Below, piece after piece: positions 8,680 through 15,557 of a DNA stretch of 32,000 nt. The notes beneath the pieces were generated by a model. It was not told the DNA's origin, made no database searches, and worked only from the letters and a program-made list of their open reading frames with translations. A program made the translations under genes and the position numbers. Every line of letters starts with the position of its first letter. Positions within the stretch are counted from its first letter, which is position 1. Source of the stretch: Vulcanisaeta distributa DSM 14429 (lineage in GTDB: Archaea > Thermoproteota > Thermoprotei > Thermoproteales > Thermocladiaceae). The stretch covers positions 210,001 to 242,000 of the forward strand of contig NC_014537.1 in the NCBI RefSeq assembly GCF_000148385.1. The letters are read 5' to 3'.

Positions 8680-9372
8680 TCACTCCCTATTGAACATTGA
8701 TAATGAGTTCTTGAGTAATTTAACCTTATTGCATAGACCAATACTTAACTGACCGGGCCCTGTCTTTCCACGTACTGAGCAGTACATGAGGGCTGAGCCC
8801 ATCATTATCGAGATGGCCCTATATGTTGGGTTTCTTGGTATCACAGCCACATTGATATCGCTCACATTAAGTAGCCTTAGCAGGTTTAGGAAGTCGTTAT
8901 CATTTATTGAGAAGACCTTATATATTAATGCCTTAAACCTCCTCGCCGTATCCAAGTCCTTAACCGCTAAATCATACGCACTCACATCCCTACTAAATAC
9001 GTGCCTCGAGAGTATCGAGCCCTCGGCAACATCGCCATACATGTCGGGGTACTTAACCAATAAATCAACCTCAACATCAGGCACAGCACCAACACCCTTA
9101 CTAAACTCGAGAATCCCATACTTAACCTCAGGACTCACTGCACGCCCGCCACCCTCCTCACGCTCCCTCACGGTGACTATGGTTGGGTAATGCGATACGT
9201 AATCCTCAATGACCCTTTTAACCTCCTGGGTCAAGCCCAGGTTATCCATGTAATCGAGCCTAAGCTCCACGGCTTCGCAGGATGTGGGTAAGTAATAAAA
9301 GGATGGCTTCTTCAGGGGCACGGCACACACAAGCACGGGCTTACTCGCTAGTAGTTTGTCCCATGTAGACAT
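8680..9372 (-). CDS. aroD: 3-dehydroquinate dehydratase, type I
   Basis: The length is ~230 aa, with a VELRLDYM segment and overall type-I DHQase-like organisation. It supplies the one shikimate step otherwise missing from the cluster. It is on the opposite strand. Confidence 0.7.
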   Translation of the reverse strand: MSTWDKLLASKPVLVCAVPLKKPSFYYLPTSCEAVELRLDYMDNLGLTQEVKRVIEDYVSHYPTIVTVREREEGGGRAVSPEVKYGILEFSKGVGAVPDVEVDLLVKYPDMYGDVAEGSILSRHVFSRDVSAYDLAVKDLDTARRFKALIYKVFSINDNDFLNLLRLLNVSDINVAVIPRNPTYRAISIMMGSALMYCSVRGKTGPGQLSIGLCNKVKLLKNSLSMFNRE

Positions 9373-9435
9373 TACTAGGTATTAATACTTAGAAATTTAA
9401 AAATATTGTTATTAAATGCCAATACTAAATAGATC
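9373..9435. promoter_or_regulatory. Compact 63-bp bidirectional promoter region between aroD (-) and aroK (+)
   Basis: There are back-to-back A/T boxes: TTATTAAA at 9409..9416, about 24 nt before ATG 9436, and minus-strand ATTTTTAAATT about 27 nt before the aroD ATG at 9372. A perfect 10-bp palindrome GTATTAATAC lies at 9379..9388. Confidence 0.45.
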
Positions 9436-10260
9436 ATGGGATTCACGGGCATGGAATACATAACCTATGGAGGTATATCTATAATTAACGCGATACCGGC
9501 GTGGCTCGGCGGTGCCGCCGCCATAGACCTCAAGGTTAGGGTTAGAGTTAGGGAGGGTTACTGCGGTGTGGGTGATTTCGTTGGTTTCATCATTAATTAC
9601 CTAAGGAGTAAACTTGGGCTTGGGTATGACGTGTGTGTTGAGGTTGATAGTGAGGTTCCACCAGGTAGTGGATTAAAGAGTAATAGCGCCGTTGCGGTTG
9701 GCGTAATATATGCCGTACTGAATTCATTTAGGGGAAGTGTAGATCCTGTGGAGGTCGCCAGATTAGCCGCTGAGGTGACTAGGGCTCACGGCTCATCAAT
9801 AACTGGCGCCTTTGATGACGCATCAGCGGCATTGCTTGGGGGCGTTGTACTCACTGATAATAAGTCATTAAGGGTAATTAGGCAGTTAAACCCGGATCCA
9901 CTTACGGTAGTTATAACTGGTTATAGGGTTGGGAAGAACCTACAGGGCATTGATAGGTTGAGGGCTTTATCGGGGCTTTACCAGGCATTATTCAATATAG
10001 CGCTCAATGGTGATCTATGGAGGGCAGCCACAATAAATGGAATCCTCGTTGCTGAGTCCCTGGGCTATCACAATGCCCTAGAAACCATAGGCATCGCGCT
10101 AAGGCTTGGTGCAGTGTCGTCAGGCGTGAGTGGTAATGGGCCGGCGGTATATGCAGTGTTTAAGCCGGGTGAGGAGGGGCCATTTATAGATTATATAAGA
10201 AATACCTGGGGTTACTACATAGTTACCAGGTTGGTTGAGACTCGGTATTTAGTCTCGTGA
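9436..10260 (+). CDS. aroK: Archaeal-type shikimate kinase (GHMP kinase superfamily)
   Basis: It carries GHMP motif II PPGSGLKSNSAVAV, is ~275 aa long, and sits inside an aro cluster that lacks a classical AroK/AroL. Confidence 0.75.
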   Translation: MGFTGMEYITYGGISIINAIPAWLGGAAAIDLKVRVRVREGYCGVGDFVGFIINYLRSKLGLGYDVCVEVDSEVPPGSGLKSNSAVAVGVIYAVLNSFRGSVDPVEVARLAAEVTRAHGSSITGAFDDASAALLGGVVLTDNKSLRVIRQLNPDPLTVVITGYRVGKNLQGIDRLRALSGLYQALFNIALNGDLWRAATINGILVAESLGYHNALETIGIALRLGAVSSGVSGNGPAVYAVFKPGEEGPFIDYIRNTWGYYIVTRLVETRYLVS

Positions 10261-10328
10261 GGATTCGCGGAATATGTTATTGGGAATATAGAGAATATAG
10301 GTTAGGATAATCCTTAAATATTTGTTAA

Positions 10329-12071
10329 ATGTCTCGCAACCCGTATGGAATATCAGGACTTCCAATGGTGATTAATGGATCGAAGACCTTAATTGACGTG
10401 AATAGGCTTGTGGAGGTTAGGGATAGGGCTAGGGACCTGCTGATTAGGTTGGATAGGGAGTTCCCATACATTCACCTGGGCTCCTCGCTGGCTGCGTTGG
10501 ATATAATTAATGTCCTCATTAGGATTATGAGGAGGGATGGTGATTGTAGGGACTGGTTCATACTTAGTATTGGCCATGTTGCACCGGCTTTATACGCTAT
10601 ATTGACCGTTGAGGGATTAATCCCTGCGGAGAGGCTCATGGAAATTAATCAATTATCCTCAAGCATATCAACACATGCAGATAATATGGACTTGCCATAC
10701 ATAGACGCCACAACTGGTTCACTGGGTCAGGGGCTTAGTATGGGCGTGGGGCTAGCCCTGGCAAATAGGGTTAAGGGTTGTAACGACGGCATTGTGTATG
10801 TGCTGATGGGTGATGGCGAATTAAATGAGGGCCAGCCCTGGGAGGCGGCAATGACTGCCGTTAAGTACGGCCTAGATAACCTGGTGGTAATCGTCAGTTT
10901 AAATGGTTATCAATTGGATGGTCCTGTGGGTACGATAAAACCCATTAATTATGCCAGGGTCTTCGAGGCCATCGGTTGGAATGTGCTTTATGGTAATGGC
11001 CACGATTACGAGGACATTGTTAGGCTCATCAATAAGGCACGTGAGGTTAGGGGCAAGCCAACGGTAGTATTCCTAAGCACCGTTAGGGGTAGGGGTGTGA
11101 AGAACCTCGAAAACACGGGTAAGCAGACGCTAAATCCGCCGCCGAGACCGCAATTCTCAATGAGGGAAGCCCTAGGGACCGCACTGGCTAGGCTTGGCGA
11201 GGATAATGATAAGCTCGTTGTTGTTACGGCTGACGTTGGTGAGTCAACTAGGGCTAGGTACTTCGGCGAGAGGTTCCCAGATAGGTACTTCAACGTTGGC
11301 ATCTCTGAGCAAGACTTAATTGGAGTCGCCGTTGGGCTTGCCCTGGGGGGCTACGTACCCGTCGCCATGGCCTACGCCATGTTCATGATGAGGGGTTGGG
11401 AACAAATAAGGAATTCACTGGGCAGGATGAACCTAAATGTGAAGCTCATAGCGACGCACGCTGGTTTGAGTGACTTCGCCGATGGACCAAGTCACCAGGC
11501 ACTTGAGGATGTGGCCCTAATGAGGACACTTAGTAACATGGTCGTAGTGGCACCGGCAGATGCGTGGGATGTGGAGAGGATAATACCCAAGGTCATTGAG
11601 TACAAGGGCCCGGTCTACGTTAGGGTTGGCCGTGATCACTCACCGCCGATAACCATGGACATGGACTATGAATTTAAGATTGGTGAGGTCTACGAATTGA
11701 TTGATGGTGATGACGTAGTTGTCATGGGTTATGGCCCACCACTCTATAATGCCGTGAGGGCCGCCCTGGAGTTAAGGAGGATGGGCATCAGGATGGGCGT
11801 TTATAATGTACCGACGATTAAACCCATTAATACCGATGCCGTGGTTAGGATAGCCCGTAGGGTTGGGAATATAATCGTCGTTGAGGAGCACTCACCGAGG
11901 GGCGGCCTTGGCTCTGCAATTGCCGAGTTAGTGAGTGGTTTTGCCAGGGTTAAGATACTCGGTGTTGATGGTTATGGTCATTGGGGTAGGTCTGAGGAGG
12001 AATTGCTCAGGTTTTATGGGCTTGATGAAGAGTCAATAATGGATGCCGCCCTGAAGCTCATTAATTCGTGA
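10329..12071 (+). CDS. tkt: Transketolase: a single-chain fusion of the short 'split-type' N-terminal (TPP-binding) and C-terminal (Pyr plus C-terminal domain) subunits
   Basis: A TPP motif GDGELNEGQPWEA is in the first half. The second half begins at M278 (ATG 11160) with MREALGTALARLG, typical of the separate C-terminal subunit. A proline-rich linker LNPPPRPQFS lies at 11130..11159. Confidence 0.85.
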   Translation: MSRNPYGISGLPMVINGSKTLIDVNRLVEVRDRARDLLIRLDREFPYIHLGSSLAALDIINVLIRIMRRDGDCRDWFILSIGHVAPALYAILTVEGLIPAERLMEINQLSSSISTHADNMDLPYIDATTGSLGQGLSMGVGLALANRVKGCNDGIVYVLMGDGELNEGQPWEAAMTAVKYGLDNLVVIVSLNGYQLDGPVGTIKPINYARVFEAIGWNVLYGNGHDYEDIVRLINKAREVRGKPTVVFLSTVRGRGVKNLENTGKQTLNPPPRPQFSMREALGTALARLGEDNDKLVVVTADVGESTRARYFGERFPDRYFNVGISEQDLIGVAVGLALGGYVPVAMAYAMFMMRGWEQIRNSLGRMNLNVKLIATHAGLSDFADGPSHQALEDVALMRTLSNMVVVAPADAWDVERIIPKVIEYKGPVYVRVGRDHSPPITMDMDYEFKIGEVYELIDGDDVVVMGYGPPLYNAVRAALELRRMGIRMGVYNVPTIKPINTDAVVRIARRVGNIIVVEEHSPRGGLGSAIAELVSGFARVKILGVDGYGHWGRSEEELLRFYGLDEESIMDAALKLINS

Positions 12072-12113
12072 GGATGCACAAAACTTTTTACCTCAGGGTA
12101 CTAGTGATGATGA

Positions 12114-13403
12114 ATGGGCAAGTTAATTGTTAATGGCTTTAAGGCTCGGGAGGGCGTCGTCGAGGCTCCACCATCCAAGGCATTAACGCTTAGGTACCTC
12201 CTTGCCTCAGCCCTCTCGAGGACCTGGGTATCACTCAGGAAGTTGAATTGGGGCGACGATACTTGGTCAATGATTAGGGGGGTCAAGCCTATCTCAGAGA
12301 TTGAGGTTAGGGACGACTACGTGAGGACTAGGCGTGGGATGATGGTAGAGAGGTTTAGGGTGATTGACGTTGGCGAGAGTGGATTCACGCTCAGGGTATT
12401 GACGGGGGTTTACTCGGGCATTGATGGGACGACATTACTAATACCGAGGGGTTCACTCATCGGTAGGCCAATGGATGAGTTATTGGGTGCCCTCAAGAAC
12501 CTTGGCGCCAAGGTTGATAGGTTGGGGAGTATAATTAGGGTCGTTGGTAGTAAGTTGGTTGGTGGTTACGTAATGATTAGCGGCTCAGTGAGTTCGCAAT
12601 ACATATCAGCCCTCCTATACCTTGCACCACTCACTGAGGGTGGTATTGAGGTAAGCATTAAGCCACCCATAAAGTCACGCCCATACATAGACGCGACAAT
12701 AAGTGTTCTCAGGGACTTTGGCATAAATGCGGAGAGGAGCGATGACACGATATACGTAAGTGGGTCCCAGGAGTTTAGGGCTGTTAATGAGGAGTTCATA
12801 GTACCGGGTGACTACTCATTGGCCGCGTACTACATAGCCCTCTCCGTACTGACCGGCATTGACCTAAGGATAATGAACCTGCATAGAGATAGGGCCATCG
12901 AGAGTGAGTACTCATTCATTAAATATGCTAAGGAAATTGGTGTAGAGATTGAGGAGTACGAGGACTCAGTAATGGTTAAGGGTTCCTCTACTAAATCGCT
13001 AAGGCCATTGAATGCGGACTTAAGCGATTCGCCAGACATAGTAATGCCCCTAGCACTCCTACTCACGAGGGTCCAGGGTAGGTCAAGGATATTGGGTGTT
13101 AGTCACTTAGTGTATAAGGAGAGCAATAGGCTTAGGGGTGTTGCTGCCGTCCTTAAGTGCCTTGGTGCCGGCGTAAGTGTTGATGAGGCTAATGGTATTA
13201 TCGAGATAGAGGGTACCCATGAGATTAAGGGTGGTTGTGAAATCGACGCCTTAAATGATCATAGGATAGTGATGATGGGTGTCATAGGCGCTCTATCTGC
13301 CAGGGAACCAGTGGAAATAATTAATTGGGAGGGTGTTAGTAAGTCCTGGCCGACATTCATTTGGGACCTGGAGAGGTTGGGTGCTGATATTAAGTTGGCT
13401 TAG
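12114..13403 (+). CDS. aroA: 3-phosphoshikimate 1-carboxyvinyltransferase (EPSP synthase)
   Basis: The N-terminus has PPSKALTLRYLLASALS (the PxSKS-type motif region), and SSQYISALLY, LSDSPDIVMPLALL and NDHRIVM segments are present. Confidence 0.85.
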   Translation: MGKLIVNGFKAREGVVEAPPSKALTLRYLLASALSRTWVSLRKLNWGDDTWSMIRGVKPISEIEVRDDYVRTRRGMMVERFRVIDVGESGFTLRVLTGVYSGIDGTTLLIPRGSLIGRPMDELLGALKNLGAKVDRLGSIIRVVGSKLVGGYVMISGSVSSQYISALLYLAPLTEGGIEVSIKPPIKSRPYIDATISVLRDFGINAERSDDTIYVSGSQEFRAVNEEFIVPGDYSLAAYYIALSVLTGIDLRIMNLHRDRAIESEYSFIKYAKEIGVEIEEYEDSVMVKGSSTKSLRPLNADLSDSPDIVMPLALLLTRVQGRSRILGVSHLVYKESNRLRGVAAVLKCLGAGVSVDEANGIIEIEGTHEIKGGCEIDALNDHRIVMMGVIGALSAREPVEIINWEGVSKSWPTFIWDLERLGADIKLA

Positions 13404-13444
13404 TCATTCAAGGCATTATTAACTAGGCCTTCTGCTATTGACGA

Positions 13445-13472
13445 AATTCTTAATTATAATTCCTTAAGAATT
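13445..13472. repeat. Perfect 9-bp inverted repeat AATTCTTAA-N10-TTAAGAATT between aroA and the POR-gamma-like gene
   Basis: Read directly: arms at 13445..13453 and 13464..13472. It lies 42 nt after the aroA stop and immediately upstream of the TATA-like box at 13484..13497. Confidence 0.6.
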
Positions 13473-13483
13473 CATACAAATCT

Positions 13484-13497
13484 TTTTATTAAAATTA
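13484..13497 (+). promoter_or_regulatory. TATA-like box (TTTTTATTAAAATT) for the POR-gamma-like gene
   Basis: Centred about 26 nt upstream of ATG 13516. Confidence 0.4.
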
Positions 13498-13515
13498 GAA
13501 TATCAAGAGAACGGT

Positions 13516-13959
13516 ATGTCCGAGGTACGTGAAATAATATTTTACGGTAAAAGCGGGGATGGAGTGCACGCGGTGGCTGATCAATTAGTTCAAAGGTTGA
13601 TTAAGCAGGGGTTTTACGTGATTTCATACCCTGAGTATGACCCAGAGCGTAGGGAGACCCTGGCAAAGATTCACGTGAGAGTTTCCAGGGAACCAATACA
13701 CGTGAGAGGCCCTGTAATGAATCCAGAGATTGCCGTATTCTTTGATGTTAGGCTACTTAGGGATAACCAGGAGGCATTGGGTGCTCGGAAGATCATTGTT
13801 AATTCCCCAAGTAGGGAACTTGTGACTAAGTATGTAGGTAATGTTAACGGCGAGATAATTAGCATAAACTTAAATGAACTAAGGAGGACCGGTGCCGATT
13901 ACACGACACAAGTCGTTAATTTAATAATCGACACACTACTTAATGGCTACACTCGATAG
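13516..13959 (+). CDS. Stand-alone 2-oxoacid:ferredoxin oxidoreductase gamma-subunit-like protein (PF01558-like) with divergent motifs
   Basis: IIFYGKSGDGVHAVADQLVQRLIKQGFYVISYPEYDPERRETLAKIHVRVSREPIHVRGPVMNPEIAVFFD aligns by eye with the POR/VOR gamma pattern (GxGGQG...sfPsyGpERRG...vRis.epI...pD.vv.lD). The glycine motif is GKSGDG and ERRG is ERRE. Confidence 0.5.
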   Translation: MSEVREIIFYGKSGDGVHAVADQLVQRLIKQGFYVISYPEYDPERRETLAKIHVRVSREPIHVRGPVMNPEIAVFFDVRLLRDNQEALGARKIIVNSPSRELVTKYVGNVNGEIISINLNELRRTGADYTTQVVNLIIDTLLNGYTR

Positions 13960-14679
13960 GTCCCTAGCAAGTTCCACACTCCTCATTAACGCCGTACCCA
14001 CAAGCACCGCGTTAGCACCCTCTCTAGCAAGCCTTAAAGCGTCATTGACCGTCTTAACGCCACTCTCCGCGACTATTATGTTAGCCTTACCCCTAACGGC
14101 TCTGATTATTGAGACGGCCCTATCCAGGGACACTGATAGATCGCTTAAATCCCTAGAGTTTATCCCAAGCATCACGTCTGGGTCTTTACTAACAACGTCT
14201 AATGCATCAACCTCATTATCAACCTCAATGAGCGGCTCTAGCCCAAGGTTGATTGCGTAATCCACTAAATCCCAAAGGGCATCACCCAGGAGTCTCTTAA
14301 TGAGTAATACTGAGCTCACGCCTAACCTCCCAGCCTCCTCAATCTGTTCTCTACTGATTACGAAGTCCTTGTACAGCACTGGCTTACCATATGTAAGTGC
14401 TATCTTAATGAACTCGGGCGAGCCCAGGAAATATATCGGCTCCACTAAGACGCTGAATCCAGTAGCGTATCTGCCAACGGCGTTGAAGTAGGTCCAGGGG
14501 TCAAGGTCAAGCCTAATGACGCCACTCGGGCTAGCCCTCTTATACTCGGCTATTAGGGCTAGGTAGCCCTCGGAATTACGCTTCTCAATTGCCCTTACCA
14601 TACTCGGAGCCCTAATACCGGCCTTAAGCGCCTCCACACGCCTCCTGGTTAACTCGCCAATGGCGCTTAGGAAGTCCAC
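13936..14679 (-). CDS. trpC: Indole-3-glycerol-phosphate synthase
   Basis: LIAEYKRASPSG, the IxxAxxYxxxGAxxxSVLVE-like segment and LIEVDNE, GINSRDL, VAESG motifs are present. The start is GTG at 14679. Confidence 0.85.
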   Translation of the reverse strand: MDFLSAIGELTRRRVEALKAGIRAPSMVRAIEKRNSEGYLALIAEYKRASPSGVIRLDLDPWTYFNAVGRYATGFSVLVEPIYFLGSPEFIKIALTYGKPVLYKDFVISREQIEEAGRLGVSSVLLIKRLLGDALWDLVDYAINLGLEPLIEVDNEVDALDVVSKDPDVMLGINSRDLSDLSVSLDRAVSIIRAVRGKANIIVAESGVKTVNDALRLAREGANAVLVGTALMRSVELARDLSSVAIK

Positions 14680-14697
14680 GACGGCGGATTCATGGGA

Positions 14698-14709
14698 TTA
14701 AATATAAGC
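14698..14709 (-). promoter_or_regulatory. TATA-like box (minus strand GCTTATATTTAA) of trpC
   Basis: Centred about 24 nt upstream of GTG 14679. Confidence 0.4.
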
Positions 14710-14791
14710 ATTTCCTGACCTACATATCATATGTATGAATAAATATTGCTTGATCGATAGTAATTACTTGCGAACAAGGCATACATAAAGC

Positions 14792-14800
14792 TTTTAAATA
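14792..14800 (+). promoter_or_regulatory. TATA-like box (TTTTAAATA) of the trpA-trpG operon
   Basis: It predicts a TSS near 14821..14825, about 15 nt upstream of the trpA ATG at 14838. Confidence 0.35.
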
Positions 14801-14837
14801 CCTGCTTAACAGGTACGTTGGTGGGTTCCATGCCCCA

Positions 14838-15557
14838 ATGGTCATAAGGAAACCGGGCCTGGGCGCGTACATAACGGCCACATACCCAAGTAAAGAAGCT
14901 TTCCTAAATGCAGTTAAGTGTCTATCGAATGTCTCGGACTTCCTTGAAATAGGAATACCAACACAAAACCCGAAGTATGACGGCCCCGTTATAAGAAAGA
15001 CGCACTTCGCCTCTGAGCTCAAGGGCTTAGACGCGGTTAAGGTTGCTAGGTATGGTGATGTGCCAACGATACTCATGGGCTATATTGAGGACTATGTGAG
15101 TAATATGGAGCTCGTTGCCGAAACAGCCAATGAGGTTGGTGCATCCTCCGTACTATTCCCAGACCTATTATTCGAGCACATAGACCTTCTTGAGAGCTAC
15201 TTAGGTGTAATGAGGGATTACTCATTAAGGCCCACATTCTTCGTCTCAAGTAATACACCGCATAGGTTAATTGCATCGCTCGTTAAGTATGAACCACTAT
15301 TCATATACCTAGGCCTATACGCAGCCACTGGGATAAAGTTACCGCTTTATATCGAGAGGAATGTTAGGGAGGTCAGGAAACTCGTTGATGACGTGACGCT
15401 CATCGCGGGCTTCGCCATAAACACGCCCGAGATGGTTAGGCTCGTTATTAACGCCGGCGCCGACGCCGTGGTTGTTGGGACGGCGCTTGTGGATAAGTTA
15501 AACGATCAGAGGGCCTGCACGGAATTCATGATGAAGCTTAGGGGTGGTCTGCCATGA
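14838..15557 (+). CDS. trpA: Tryptophan synthase alpha chain
   Basis: FLEIGIPTQNPKYDGPVIRKTH contains the catalytic Glu and Asp region, and the C-terminus has GFAINTPE...DAVVVGTALV. Confidence 0.85.
   Translation: MVIRKPGLGAYITATYPSKEAFLNAVKCLSNVSDFLEIGIPTQNPKYDGPVIRKTHFASELKGLDAVKVARYGDVPTILMGYIEDYVSNMELVAETANEVGASSVLFPDLLFEHIDLLESYLGVMRDYSLRPTFFVSSNTPHRLIASLVKYEPLFIYLGLYAATGIKLPLYIERNVREVRKLVDDVTLIAGFAINTPEMVRLVINAGADAVVVGTALVDKLNDQRACTEFMMKLRGGLP

Noticed and set aside
12104-12113. GTGATGATGA immediately upstream of the aroA start resembles a C/D-box sRNA C box (RUGAUGA).
   Set aside because: No D box (CUGA) or C'/D' arrangement occurs at the required ~12-nt guide spacings downstream, and the following sequence is aroA coding. 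I also scanned other spacers (800..1029, 2221..2465, 4740..4852) on both strands and found no complete C/D architecture.
14821-14847. Tiny upstream ORFs containing a Trp codon in front of aromatic-pathway genes. GTG-GGT-TCC-ATG-CCC-CAA-TGG-TCA-TAA (14821..14847) overlaps the trpA start. MGPLWNI* lies at 4761..4784 before tyrA. MAVLIWSTV* lies at 2384..2413 before aroC. Together they hint at bacterial-style leader-peptide attenuation.
   Set aside because: Each has only a single TGG, not tandem Trp codons. ORFs of 5-9 codons are expected by chance in spacers of this size, and I could find no alternative terminator/antiterminator structures. At trpA, a ribosome stalled on the TGG would sit on the trpA ATG, which gives the wrong regulatory sign. 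TSS mapping would be worthwhile, but this is not supportable as a feature.
14720-15076. A 118-aa minus-strand ORF spanning the trpC-trpA intergenic region and the 5' end of trpA.
   Set aside because: It overlaps the well-supported trpA N-terminus in antisense, runs through both predicted TATA boxes, and has no recognisable motif. It is most likely spurious.
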